The notes under the pieces were generated by a model that was not told the DNA's origin, did no database searches, and saw only the letters and a program-made list of their open reading frames with translations. A program made the position numbers and the translations under genes. Below are positions 11,730 through 23,737 of a stretch of DNA of 40,720 nucleotides, piece after piece; position 1 is the stretch's first letter; every line of letters begins with the position of its first letter. Source of the DNA: Ministeria vibrans ATCC 50519 (lineage: Eukaryota > Protista > Filasterea); assembly GCA_943704425.1 (NCBI GenBank), contig CALSCP010002424.1, positions 37,476-78,195 on the forward strand. Direction: 5' to 3'.

Positions 11730-12511
11730 TCATTGGGGTTTGTTGTCTGCGAGAAACTGAAGGGTCTGTGTAGAGGCGAGGTCGATGGGGGCCTTGCCGT
11801 CCTTGTTGAGGGCGTTTGGGGAGGCGCCTGCGGCCATGAGAAGCAGTGCAACCTGAGCATGGTCTTCGGCAAGTGCCAGGTGCAGCGGAGTGTTGTGCTG
11901 CTTGTCAAGCGTCTTGGCGGTGCCTGGTGCGCTTGCTAGGAGAAGTTTGACTGTGGCGGTGTGTCCAAGGGCACTCGCACGGTGTAAAGGGGTTGCACCG
12001 TCCGCATCTTGCGTGCATGCGTCCGCTTTGTGGGCGAGGAGCGTCTTGGTCACTTGTTCGTGATTCTTCGACGCACTATAGTGCAATGCTAAACAAGGAA
12101 AATCAGCTGGGGAGCGTTTCAACGCAAGGCGTGATACCTGTTTGTCCACGAGAGGTGGTAGCAGACGCGGAAGCCCGGTGTTCAAGGAGGAGGGTCACAA
12201 TGTCCAGATGATTGGCTGAGGCAGCAATGTGCAGCGGAGTGAACCCTGCGTCGTCCTCAGCATCGACATCACACGCGCATTCATCGAGGAGGTACACAGC
12301 CACACTGGCATGGCCTCCAGAGGCGGCCCAGTGCAGAGGCTGTCGTGCATCGTCGTCCTTGGCGCGTGCGTTCTTCTTCGACTGCTCGACAAGGAACTTG
12401 ACGCGCGTCAAGTCGCCCTAAACAAACCCAATTGAACGTTTAGTTACGTGCATAATGGCATTTATGTGTATGTGTGTGTACTTCAAATGCAGCGGGGCAC
12501 ACTTCACTCAT
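11730..12511 (-). CDS. PSMD10: Ankyrin-repeat protein, gankyrin/26S proteasome chaperone-like; 3 exons
   Basis: All-ankyrin protein with PLHWAASGGH, DDAGFTPLHIAASA, ALHYSASKNH, GATPLHRASALG and NTPLHLALAEDH, the diagnostic repeat order of gankyrin/Nas6. Confidence 0.82.
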
Positions 12512-12655
12512 GATAAGATTGAAAATAAATTGAATGTTCAGCAATGAATCAATGATCAATTATTTGTTTATATCACTTATTCACATTCATTTATTTCACT
12601 GTGTTGATCATCGTCGGGAAGCCACCGTTAGGCGATTGCGCCAGCAAAATAGGAA

Positions 12656-14345
12656 ATGCTAATTCTTTGCCTTGTGCTTCTACCTCTGTGTGCCGCTGGC
12701 AGAGCTCCACCACGAGCCACCAAGCAGCCCAACTTTGTTTTGCTTTTCCTCGACGATCACGGTAAGACAAAGGGGAGCGGGTCCTTTGGAGATGGCTCAC
12801 GCAGCGTCGCAGGGTTCGGCGACTTTGGGTTGAATGCGCCCTTCACCGCCACCACACCACACATGAACGCCCTTGCGTCTCGAGGAGTCCACTTTCTTGA
12901 CATGCATTGCGGTGCAAGCGTGTGCACACCGTCCCGCGCCGCGCTCTTGACAGGACGATACGGTACGAAGCACTCCACGACGACCCTCTGTGACCGTTTG
13001 TGTCTCAGGTGCTCGAACGGGGATTGTGTCCAATTTCTCGCCCACCTCGCTTCATGGACTGTCGCCCAACGAGCGTACGCTGGCGCAGATCCTGCAAACG
13101 GTTGGCTACAAGACTCACATGATCGGCAAGTGGCATCTGGGGCACCATGCGCCGCACCAGCCGACGTTCTTTGGCTTTGACGACTGGACTGGCGTTCCCT
13201 ACTCCGTTGACATGGGTTGTCTTGAATCGACACCACAGGGTTGCGAGGCGCGTTACAATCGTAGCGAATCACAGCCGGCGTGCAATGCATTGTGCTCGCG
13301 CGACGCCAAAGCGCAACCCGCAGTGCCTCTGTACCACAGTCGCAGTGCCAATTGCTCGCACCGTGCGTGCAACGACGACATTGTGCAGCAGCCACTGGAC
13401 CCATTCACGCTTACGGAGATGTATGCGTCGCGTGCGACAGAAATCATTCTGGAACACGATCGTACTCAGCCTTTTCTGCTCTACGTTGGCTTCGCGCACA
13501 CGCACACGCCGCTCGCGTACCTGGAGCGCACCGCGAACGCGTCACAGTCGGTCTTTGCCAACACGCTGAGTGAGCTTGATCGTGCGATTGGGCGCATTGG
13601 AGCGGCCATTGATGATGCTGGGGTGGCGCAGGAGACACTTTTGGTGTTATTGGCGGACAATGGACCAGCCGATTTGGGGGTTGTGGCGTGTCATGACATT
13701 GGCAGTGTGGGTCCCTATGTGGGTCAGTGGCAGCGGAGTGCGTCGGGTGGACGTGGCGGATCCACTGCCAAGGGCACAACCTGGGAAGGGGGCCATCGCG
13801 TGAGCTCTTTTGCCAAGTGGGATGGGACTATTGCGGCGGGACAGACGAGTCGGGAGCTTGTGAGCGCACTCGACATTGTGCCGACATTTGCGTCGCTGGC
13901 GGGTGCGTCACTGCCCACCGACCGCTCCTTTGACGGTGTGGACCTGTCGTCGCTGCTGACGGGGACGGACACATTGCGAGAGCGAGTGTTGTTTCATCCG
14001 GACACAGAGGGCCAGCTCAATGCGATGCGATATGGTGATTTGAAAGTGTTCTTTGAGACGTACGGGAATGAGCCGTGTCGCAAGGAAGACGGCTCGCACG
14101 ATCCCTCCGGAGTGCGACTAACACACGACCCGCCACTTGTGTTCAATGTGACTGCCGACCCCGCCGAATCGCAACCCATTGTGGTGGACAATGCGACACT
14201 TGCGCGCATAGTGAGTGTGCGCAATGCGAAGCGGAGAGACATCGAAACGACATTGCGGAGTGTCGCTGACTATTCGACGGGCGGACGCAATGCGTGGGCC
14301 TGCTGTAATCCAGAGAATGATGCTTGCCAATGTGACGGGGTCTGA
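12656..14345 (+). CDS. Formylglycine-dependent arylsulfatase (ARSG/ARSA-like), signal peptide; 3 exons
   Basis: PNFVLLFLDDHGFGD, CTPSRAALLTGR (FGly motif CxPxR), GYKTHMIGKWHLG, DNGP, KGTTWEGGHRV, DGVDL. Confidence 0.92.
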
Positions 14346-14524
14346 AGGTGGGAGGGCTGTACAATCGTAGCGCACTCGATGTGCCATCTGAGTCAAGGTG
14401 TCCGCCAAGTTCCACAAGTCACTTAAGTGAGAGAGTGTGGGCCGTACAATTTGATTCATGCAGTTCATAATATCAAAAAAGTTATTAAAATAATTATAAT
14501 TAGTATTCATTTTCTGCTTCTATT

Positions 14525-15524
14525 ATGCTTCTCTCTACATTCACGATTCTCTGTCTCCTTGTCGCCTCGTCTGTCGCCAACAAGGCATCCGACGCAAAAG
14601 AGGCGTTTCGCGCTGTTGTAAGTTCTCACCTCCCTCTCCGCACGCACGCTCCCAAGCACACTCGCAGCGCCCACCATGGCACACATCCACACCTACACGC
14701 CTAGCCATCGCCGCATCGGCGCACCCACAGCCCTCCTCTCTCCCATCTGATGTGTGTTTTGCCTCAGGACTACGAACACGACGGCAAGCTGAGCCTGGAA
14801 GACTTTCAAGACTACTACACGGGAGGCATGGATGACAACGAGGTAGACGAGGCTACAAGAATCGAACACTGTGTGTGTGTGTGTCTTTGTGTCTGTGTGT
14901 GCCGGTGAGTGTCGTGTGCATTTTGAAAACATCTCTTGTCGCACTTTCAGGCGAGACGCGTCAAGAAAGCCATGATTGCTGCATTTGAGGAGGTATGCTG
15001 ATTGCCGTGTGCTGGTGCACCACTCTGTCGGGAGTTTAATGTCTGTCTGTGCGCTAAAACGTGTGTTTTTTTTGCAGTATGATGACGATGAGAGCGGCGA
15101 GTTGTCTCTTCGGGAGTTCACACGTCACGCTGCTGCGCGTGAACTGAAGGAATTTCTTGCCATGGAGCCTGTAGACAGCTACAGCAGCGGCGAAGAGCAA
15201 GAAGAGAACTTTGACGACGAAGAGTCGTCGGAGGTGCAAAACGAGAAGATTTACTCGCGCGAGGCAAACGAAGACGCAGCAGTCCTGGTAGGAAATGTCT
15301 CCACAAGAGGAATGTTTCCACTCATTCGACACCGTTGCAACACAACATTGTAGAGTGACTCAGACGCGCGGGTGTCGCGTGCGATTGGGGAGACGGAGCA
15401 AGGGCACCAGGGGCTGCGCGCGCCCGTGGGCGACGAGGTGGTTCGCTACGACTTTATTGACGACGCATCGCACAACCCTGTCTTTAATGGGGATCTCTTT
15501 GCACGTCGCTTGCGTCACTTGTAA
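14525..15524 (+). CDS. Secreted two-EF-hand acidic protein, unassigned; 5 exons
   Basis: Hand-spliced: MLLSTFTILCLLVASSVANKASDAKEAFRAV | DYEHDGKLSLEDF..DDNE | ARRVKKAMIAAFEE | YDDDESGELSLREF...AAVL | SDSDARV...ARRLRHL*. All introns are GT-AG, phase 0. Confidence 0.72.
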
Positions 15525-15569
15525 ATGAAGGGGTTGTGTATCTGTGATCTGTCTGAGTGTGTTTGTTTG

Positions 15570-16519
15570 TTACAGAGGAATGATTGAGATGAGATAGAGT
15601 GCGGTGAGAGTGGTTGTGAGTGCGATTGCAAGTGCAGTGAGGGTCGCACGCACAGACTGGTAGGACTGTAGAGCAGTGCTGAGGACCCGCATGAGCTGAA
15701 TGGGCAGGGAAGTAGAAAAGAGGTGAGGCAGGTCAAGAGCGTATTGGGTCTTTCTTACTCCTTGAGAAGGGTTTGCTGAGGATTGTCGACTGTTGAGAAG
15801 AACTGTAGTAACAAGCAGACAGACAAAAAGAAATGGGAATGTGAGCTACGAGAGAAAGAAGGAGAAATGCGATAAGTTGGACGGTGTCAGAGTAAGGTGG
15901 CAGTTTACGATTGCTTCGAAGGATTCCATTGGGAGCGGAGCGCTCTGGCCTTGAAGAATGAGCTGAGACTCAACGACGGCTGCAACAAGCGGGTGTTGGG
16001 CGCCGAGGACTGGTTCGAAGAGGAGGCGGAGGAGAACAGCAAGGGCAAATACAAAGGCAGTGCGGTTGAGGTAGAAGGCGGTGGGACGGGCTGTGGGTGG
16101 AGCGTGAGTGGGTCTGGCGACTGTCGGGGGCGCGACGTGGCGGCGCATCGCCTGGGGCGCATCGCTGCTGCTGCTGCTGCTTGCTGTAGGTGGCGTAGAA
16201 GCGACTGGAGCGGGCGACGGGGAGCCGGTTGGCGCCAAAGAGGGTGCTGCTGGCGTGGTGGCGGACGGGACAGTTGACAAGGGCGGCGTTGACGGGGCCG
16301 TCGACGGTTTAGGGGCTGCTGGCAAGAGCAATGGCGACGACGGAGACAGCGATGTTGCAGACGTCGGCGGGATGGATGCTTCTGGGTGCCCTGTGATTCT
16401 GCTGAGGCGCCCGCCAGCCTGTGAGAGCGTAGAGAGTGAGCATTATTTAATATTTGCATCATGGTTACATTTTGAAGGATTCGCTGTCTCCGGCGCTCGC
16501 GAAGAGCGGCAGCATCCAT
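15570..16519 (-). CDS. CAMLG: GET2/CAML-family ER receptor for tail-anchored proteins; 4 exons
   Basis: Spliced N-terminus MDAAALRERRRQRILQN|AGGRLSRITG matches the Get2/CAML RERR..(K/R)IL....R(L/I).(K/R)ITG motif. A Pro/Ser-rich linker and three C-terminal hydrophobic helices follow (TAFVFALAVLLRLLF; LTFPFLFVCLLVTTVLL; TLTALAIALTTTLTALYLISII). Confidence 0.75.
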
Positions 16520-16611
16520 CGAGGAAGTGAGAAAGGGAGAGGGTGAGAGAAAGAGAATAAATATAGATCGAAATCTTAATTCTTATTCGACTCACTCATT
16601 TTGATTGAAAT

Positions 16612-17402
16612 ATGGTCAGTTTGGGACCTCCAACGATTGAAGGCGATGTATTCACGGACGGCACATCGGCTCGCGATGCTCTTTGTCAAGTGTTGGTGGC
16701 ATGGGCTCGCGAATCAGTGGACAAGGTACTACAAAAACGGGAGTTTTCCGGTGGTGGGTGAAAAAACACTTTTGCGCGCCCTTCTCGTTTTGCTGTCGTT
16801 GTAGGCGTTGCCGCGCAAGGAGTTTGATAGCTTCTTCCCCAAAAGAGACGTCTCGTAAGCGTTGGGCTTGAGTGGAGGCGCGGGGGAGGGCTAAGCAGTG
16901 GTTTTGTAGGGAGAGGGCAACGGCCGTCAAGGAACGGCTGTTTGGACTGCTCCACGCCAAGAAGGACGCCATCCTCAACGACATTCGCGACGAAATCGAC
17001 GAGTATGTTGGCGAAATGGCGGTAAGAGTCGCGAGTGAACTTGAAAACGACCGTCGCACTGACATGGTTTACTTTGTGATGCACAAACAGCGTATTGTGG
17101 AGCAGGAAGAGTCGCGAGAGTTTCAATTTGACATTGAGGAGGCCACAGATGCGCTGGAGAGAAGGCAGCAAGAAATAGAGGAAGAGCTTGCGGTGGTGTC
17201 GGAGCAGGCGAACGCAGCGCGCACCAAACTGCAAAGGTATCAAGCATGATTGTTACGTTTGCATTGACTATCGTTGATCTGTCTTTTCTTTGTTTTCATT
17301 AGAATGCAACACAGATTAGTGGAGCGAGAGGTATTGGTGGCAAATCCCCCTAAAATTGATTCCGAGAGTGTCGAAAGACTCATTGAGATGGTCAGTAAAT
17401 GA
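16612..17402 (+). CDS. Helical/coiled-coil protein of about 200 aa; possibly kinetochore Nnf1/PMF1-like; 4 exons
   Basis: Hand-spliced MVSLGPP...ESVDK | ALPRKEFDSFFPKRDVS | ERATAVKERLF...RTKLQ | RMQHR...EMVSK*. The gene model is well supported; the family call is weak. Confidence 0.5.
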
Positions 17403-17436
17403 AACAGCAAAACGAATTGTGTATTTTTTATTTTCA

Positions 17437-19868
17437 TTACAGTTTGACTTGACATTCAATCTGAGTGTGATTTGCGGCAAAACACACATTGGTATGATCC
17501 ACACTGACTAACACACTGTTGGCAAAGGAGAATTCAGGGGCATACGAAGGGGCAGTGGCCATATGGTGTACAACTGAATGGTCGACGGTGAAGGCACTCA
17601 CACCAATGGCCGAGACTGCACTGCGCAGAGGAACAATGTCAAACTGGCATTGGGTCATGTGTAGGTCTGAGTGCTGTTGCTGTCCGCGTGTCATGGGTTG
17701 GGTTCCTCCTGTGGGCAAAGGCACTCCGTTTTGCCATCTGAGACAGAGGGAGTATGTGTATTAGGGTCACTCTCAGATTCTCTCTCTCACAATACCATAC
17801 TCTCTTCTCTCCCTGTCACACACACATATATTTGTTTTCACACCCAGTCTGTCACAAGTCTATCATTTGTTTCTCTCTCTCTATCACTCGTTTCTCTCTC
17901 TCTCTCTATCACTTTTGTTTTTCTCTTTCTATCACTTTGTTTTTCTCTCTCTATCACTTCGTTTCTCTTTCGCTCTGTCACTTCGTTTCTCTCTTTCTCT
18001 ATCACTCTGTTTCTTTCTCTCTCTCTCTATCTCTCGCTCTCTGTCTCTTTCGTACTGTGGCACACATGCTCCCAATGTTACTGCGCCCTGCCCCTTTGCA
18101 GTTGCATAGTTATTATGCTCAAACCGCGATCCGCTCACGGTCCAGTTGCGCACTGTGTCACCCTCAAACCAATGGCATCCGTCCGGGATCGCCTAAAAGT
18201 ACAATAGTGCACACACTCACACATTAAAACAATACAATTTCACGCAATGCACGCCCACCGCCATCGTACCATAATTGCGGGTCCAGTCGTATAGGAAAAG
18301 GTGCAGTTTTCAATCAGCACATTGTGTGTTTTTGTCAGTATTCCTCTCGCTCGATTCAAAGAAAAGGTCTACACCATGATAAGAATTCTTAGCATTTCAT
18401 CCCTCTCTCTCATTTTCTCATCAAAATATTTCCTAACCGTGTTCTTCACGTGTAGGTTTGGAAGATTGTTCATATTTACTGCCAAATCAAACTTTTCCAC
18501 TAAAACATAAATTGTGTTAATTATAAAGGATAATCAGAATTGGTCTTACGGGTTGCCGGAAGAGGATCCTCAAAGACAAAGAGTGATTGATTGTGAATCG
18601 CAGTGAGTTTGGACGAGAAAAAGGGAACAAACGAGCGACGTTTGCGAAACAATATCAAATCTCCGACAGACACAAAACTCGGCGGGTTATCCGTCGAATT
18701 ATCCTACACACACACACACACACACACACAATCAAATCGAATTGAATAATAAACCTTTTGAGACCTTTCCGAAAGTGATTGAATTTGAATCGAAGTGGAT
18801 ATGCTCAACGTCAGAATAGCGACTGTTGATGTTGGCACCGTCATCGCCCTGTCCGGAGAGCACACTGTCAGAAATGCGCACAGTCCCTCGGTTGTCGGAC
18901 AGGTGGCTGTTAATAATAATATTTATTATTATTAGTATCATAGTATTTAATGGGTCCATTTCTGTACGGGGGTTTCTTACATGCCGTCGGCGTTGATTGA
19001 CATGGGTCGGGTTGTGTCCTTTTTGGTGATGAGAAGACGGTTGATTGTGACGTCGGTGCATTGTGAGCAGACAATACCCATTCCTGCTGCAGAAAAGCTA
19101 AGCAACAGAACAAACAAAGAAAACAACCAATGGGTTCAATCAATGGAAAGGCTCGCTCGGGGGATCGGTGTACATTGAGACGTTGTTGACGTTGAATGAG
19201 ACGCATTGGTGTCCGTCAATGGTATTGAGCGCATACACATGGTGGCGCAGGATATACGTTGCACCGACACGCAGACCACGCCGTGCACCAATGGCAAGCT
19301 GGAAGGCGGTGGGAGTTACGCCGGATATGGCAATGGAGGGTGACGGTGGTGTCGCGTAGATGTCGAGTCCGTCGTCGGAAGGCCGTGCGCCAGTCGTGTT
19401 GTACTCGAGGATTGCCTGGGCCGCAAAGAGCCATGTCGATGCAGGGTTGAATGGATACATGGAAGCATCGTAGGCAAGCGTCGAGGCGTTCGCTGAGACG
19501 GCAGTTGCCGTTGCAAGAGTGTATGGCAAGCGCGACATGTCGAACGACACGTCGTGAAGCACAACATTGTTCGACTGCGCAAACGACAGAGCACCGTGGA
19601 GGTCGTGGACCACCAAGGAGGAGCCTCGGCCAGACACGGTGAGGTTCCGCACGGCACCAACAAAGATACTGGGCCCGCTGGCGTGCAGCGAGGTGTCGTT
19701 TAAGTGGTACACTCCTCCGTCGAGCGCCACTTCGCCCCCGCGTCCCATGGCATCCGTTAGCTCGCTCACACAGCTTCCGTGTATAGAGCAGTCACTAGAT
19801 ACAACAGTCACCGTCCAAGCCGGCTCACACAGCAGTGCGGAGACAATCAGGATGAGAAGTACAATCAT
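17437..19868 (-). CDS. Secreted right-handed beta-helix glycosidase, GH110 (alpha-1,3-galactosidase)-like; about 8 exons
   Basis: Signal peptide. Spliced motifs RLPYT, YILRH, SAAGMG, RPMSINADGMH..NRG, GQGDDGANIN, NRARGIL and WFEG are characteristic of GH110-type pectin-lyase-fold enzymes. Confidence 0.75.
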
Positions 19869-19963
19869 AGAAAAAAAATGGTCAAGTCACAAGTGTGTCT
19901 GAACTATATCGCAAATTCGCAAACATTTTTCAAAACAATCATAATGAATCGCAAACATTTTAC

Positions 19964-22900
19964 TCAAGTGGACGTCAAATTGGACGAGTAGACAATCTCC
20001 AAGAGGATAGTGCCGGGGACATTCTTAATGTCAGCGTCCTTGCCGAAGAGACCCTTGCGCGACACAAGCGGACAGGTGAGCTTCAGACGCTCACCTTCGC
20101 GACGCGCATAGTCACTCACGTTCAGCTTTACTTCGCCCATGAAACGGTCGATGCCCAGATTGTGGTTCCACACTTGAACCTACAAGTACCTTTATTAGCA
20201 TTGAGCGGAAGTTTCATTGACGTACGGTGAGCACAGCGGAGTTGGGATTGCGCACGTAGAAGACATGCGACGAGTGGAACACGGGCTGCAGCGTGTCACG
20301 CACAATCGGAGACCGACTCTTACGTCCCTACACAAAGAGAGAAAAAAAAAGCTCGTGTGTGAGTGGGGCCACAAAAAGAGAGCGAGAGAGAGCGACAGAG
20401 AGAGAGAAAGAAGATGAATGTGATAGAGAGAAAGAAAGAAGAAAGAAACAATGTGATAGAGAAAGGAGCGAGAAAAAAACAATGCAATGGAGAAAGAGGG
20501 AGAAAGAAACAATGAGATACAAAAGAAGGGAAAAAGAATCAATGTAATAGAAGGGAGAGAGAAAGTAAGTGATAGAGAGAAGAAAGATGAAAAAGAAACG
20601 AAGAGAGAGGAACAAATAAAAGAGTGGGTATTGCACACATCATTACATACCTCACACTTGATGTACAGATAAGGATCAGCGCCCTTTCCCACAATGTCCT
20701 GCTTCTCCAGTCCAGCCGCAACATCACCCACCACAGTCAGCACTCCTTTCGGATCCTAACCACGCACGCACACACACAGACAAAACAGTCAATCACTCAC
20801 ACAGCACCAACACGCTCAATTCTCAGTCTTACCCCAGTCCACCATTTGTGACGAGGAGCCTCTCGCGCAAGCTTCTTTCCCTTATTAAAGTGCGATGTGA
20901 AGATCCGCAAAAGATATTGGCCCGTCTGCTTTGGCTCAAATGTCGTCGGAAGCACTGTGTACCGTCCCGCTTCCAAATGGAACCGCCCAAACACCTGAAA
21001 ATATTCATTTGGTTTGTTTCAGACTGCTCAAACGGACCCAATGACACCAATTAATGTGTCACAATACAAGCATATACACGGACAGGCACAAAAAAAGGCT
21101 TGCAAGTGACTCTCTCCATTCACATTTATATTAGGTGTCCCAATGGCAGACACACACAGTCGGACAGATTTCACTCTCTACTCTGTACCTCGCGTGAGTT
21201 GATGTACGTTGCCTTTGCGACAATCTCCGTCAACTCGTGTTTGCGGTACTTGCGGTTCTGGTCAACCTTCATCACCGCAAACCCAATCGAGAGGTTCTCG
21301 TCGCCGCCGTGCATGCTCTGCTTGCGCACGCGCCGATCCTGCTGCATCAGCGCAATCATCACATCCTGAACACAATGTCAGTGGTGGTGCAGTGTGTGTA
21401 TGCATGTGTGTAGGCATGTGTGTGTATGGTGTGCGTGATGTGTGTGAGTGTGTGTGTGTGTGTGATGTGTGTGACAGAGAGTCAGTAAGAGAGAGAGAGA
21501 GAGAGAAGTGTGATGGTCATTAACGAAAAGAGAGTGTGCATTGTGTTGAGAGAGTAAGAGTGTATGCTGCCATTCAATCACTCACTCACTCTCGCTCTCT
21601 CTCTTTTCTTTCTTACTCCTTCCTCCGTGTTGTCAAAGACATACTGCGAGTTTTCCTTGAGAAACGTGTCCTTGTGGTTGATGCATCCACCCGCAGTCCG
21701 TCCGCTTTCCCACTTTCCATGAAATTCCGTTTTGACCCATGTTTTGTGCAATCTATTCTCACACACACAACAAATCAGATACCATCCAATCTCTCTCCAT
21801 CTTCTTACGAGATATAACCCGTATTGACCAAATAGCAAATCTTCAAGTCGGTGAAGTGCTTGACAAAATCCTCCCAGGACATGAAGAACTCTCCGTCGTC
21901 GTCAACAACCACGCCCATCTTGTTCTGCTCCCGTGCCGAGATGGCCTCCCACTCGCGCGCACCGTCAGACCACGCCCCCGTCCACTCCTTCTGACCCCAC
22001 GGGTTGCGAATGCGCACAAGACGGTGCTTGGTGCCCCCAAGCACACTCGTCTTGATCTTCCGCACGTCCGTAATCGCGTACGCATGTCCAAACACAAGAC
22101 CGTTGCCCGCGTCCGCCTCAATCTTCGCATTGTCACCGCCATGCGAGATGCTGCAGCTCATCAGCGCTCCCCGCGCTCGCATTCGCATCAGTGTCTTCCA
22201 CAACGTCTTGTCTTCAATCTGTTTGCGTGTCTCTTCGCTCGTCAGGTCAATCTCCTCCGTCACGCCTCCCGTAAAGTCAACCAGTGCGTCCGCCGTGTTG
22301 CCCGAGTCCAGCGCCTCGTACGAGCCCGCCAGCTTGGCATACGCCTTCTCCAGCAGCGCCGTCCAAAACTCGTTGCCGTCCGATGAGTGCGCGTAGATGA
22401 GCGACCCGTCGTGCGTCGGCAGCTGGTCGTCAATGACCACGTCGGTCCACTTGCCAAAGCGGAAGAACCGAAAGTGGAACGCCCCCGTGTACTCCAGTGG
22501 CTTCTCGCTGCTCCACTCCTGCTTCTCATGGTCCGGCACCACCTTGTACAGAAACTACAGAAGACGCGGTGAGGGTTAGGGCGATGCACCGGGCACCGTC
22601 CAGCGCACACACGGTCGCTCTCACCTGCTTGTGGATGGCGAGCACGCTGACGGCCGCAATGAACCAGCAGTTGCCAACCTTCCCCTGCTTGATGTCGTGG
22701 CAGTCTGCCCCGCCAACAAACAAATGGGGGTTCGCGTCGAGATCCTGGAGTGTCCCACAGACAACACGGCAGAAAGGCAAAAGAAGACGCGTCAAGAAGC
22801 GAAACGAAAACGCAACGGCACGCGCCACACTCACCTTGGGCCGCTTCCACTCAATCTTTCCACCTCCCAGCGGATGTTTATTGAAGAACACCGAACTGTC

Positions 22901-23078
22901 CTACAGTTCACGGCGAAAGCGATGCGGAGAGGAGTGTGTTTGTGCATTGGCAAAGAATAAGCGAAAAAGTGCAAACCTGTGCGGGAAATTCAGGGTCCAC
23001 GAACAGTGTCCCCGTCGCCTGACAGTTGCTCTTAATCTTAGAGTAGCTCTGGCCCTTGAAGTTGACAATTTTAGGCAT
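19964..23078 (-). CDS. CAPN5: Calpain-5/TRA-3 type cysteine protease (CysPc + CBSW + C2)
   Basis: FVDPEFP and catalytic triad QGKVGNCW / GHAY / RIRNPWG. EFWTALLEKAYAK, TAGGCINH and PTTFEP; C-terminal C2 (GLEKQD..GADPY, VWNHN..DRFMG) instead of a penta-EF domain. Confidence 0.93.
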
Positions 23079-23141
23079 ATTTTGACTGTAAAATAATGAG
23101 AATGTAAAAATTTAATTTTATTCATACTATTTGTTGTTGTG

Positions 23142-23646
23142 ATGGACGAGCTGCGCCTACAGCTCAAGCGGTTCGAAGCCGAGTTCCGCGATGCTCACAA
23201 TGATCGACTACCCACTCGAGAAGAGGTGAAGGCGATGCCAGAAATCTGTAAGAATCATAAAACAACACACACTGCGCTTGTCGCATCTCTGTCGGCTTCT
23301 CGCCGTCGCGCGGCATCGTTTCTCACCGTCATTCGAACACATCCTGTTGTTTAGATGCACTCTACCGGGAATACCGTGAGGCAAAGGTCGCAGCAGCGCC
23401 GACCAAAGCAGTCGACACCAAACGCCTTTCGCCCCCGCCCCAGCCCTCTGAGAAGCCTCCAAAGCCCATCCGTGGCATCGAGCCATTTAGTGATGTGCTC
23501 AACCACAGTGTGTGGACGGCAGAGGTCAAGCGTCGAGCTGTGGCGGCTCAGCAGAAGAAAGATTCGAAAAAGGCGCGCAAGCTTTCGTTCAGCGCCACTT
23601 CCTTTCGTCCTGTCAACCATGTGAGTCTCTTGCCTATGATGGCCTG

Positions 23647-23737
<91 letters not shown>

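Noticed and set aside
15576-15597. Possible extra EF-hand-gene exon overlapping the CAML CDS in antisense (likewise 17443-17510 against GH110)
   Set aside because: In-frame stops at 15522-15524 and 17400-17402 end the genes without needing an overlap.
19090-19175. Apparent GC-AG intron in the GH110-like gene
   Set aside because: A canonical GT-AG pair (gtacac...gcttag) restores the frame as VSIFSAAGMG.
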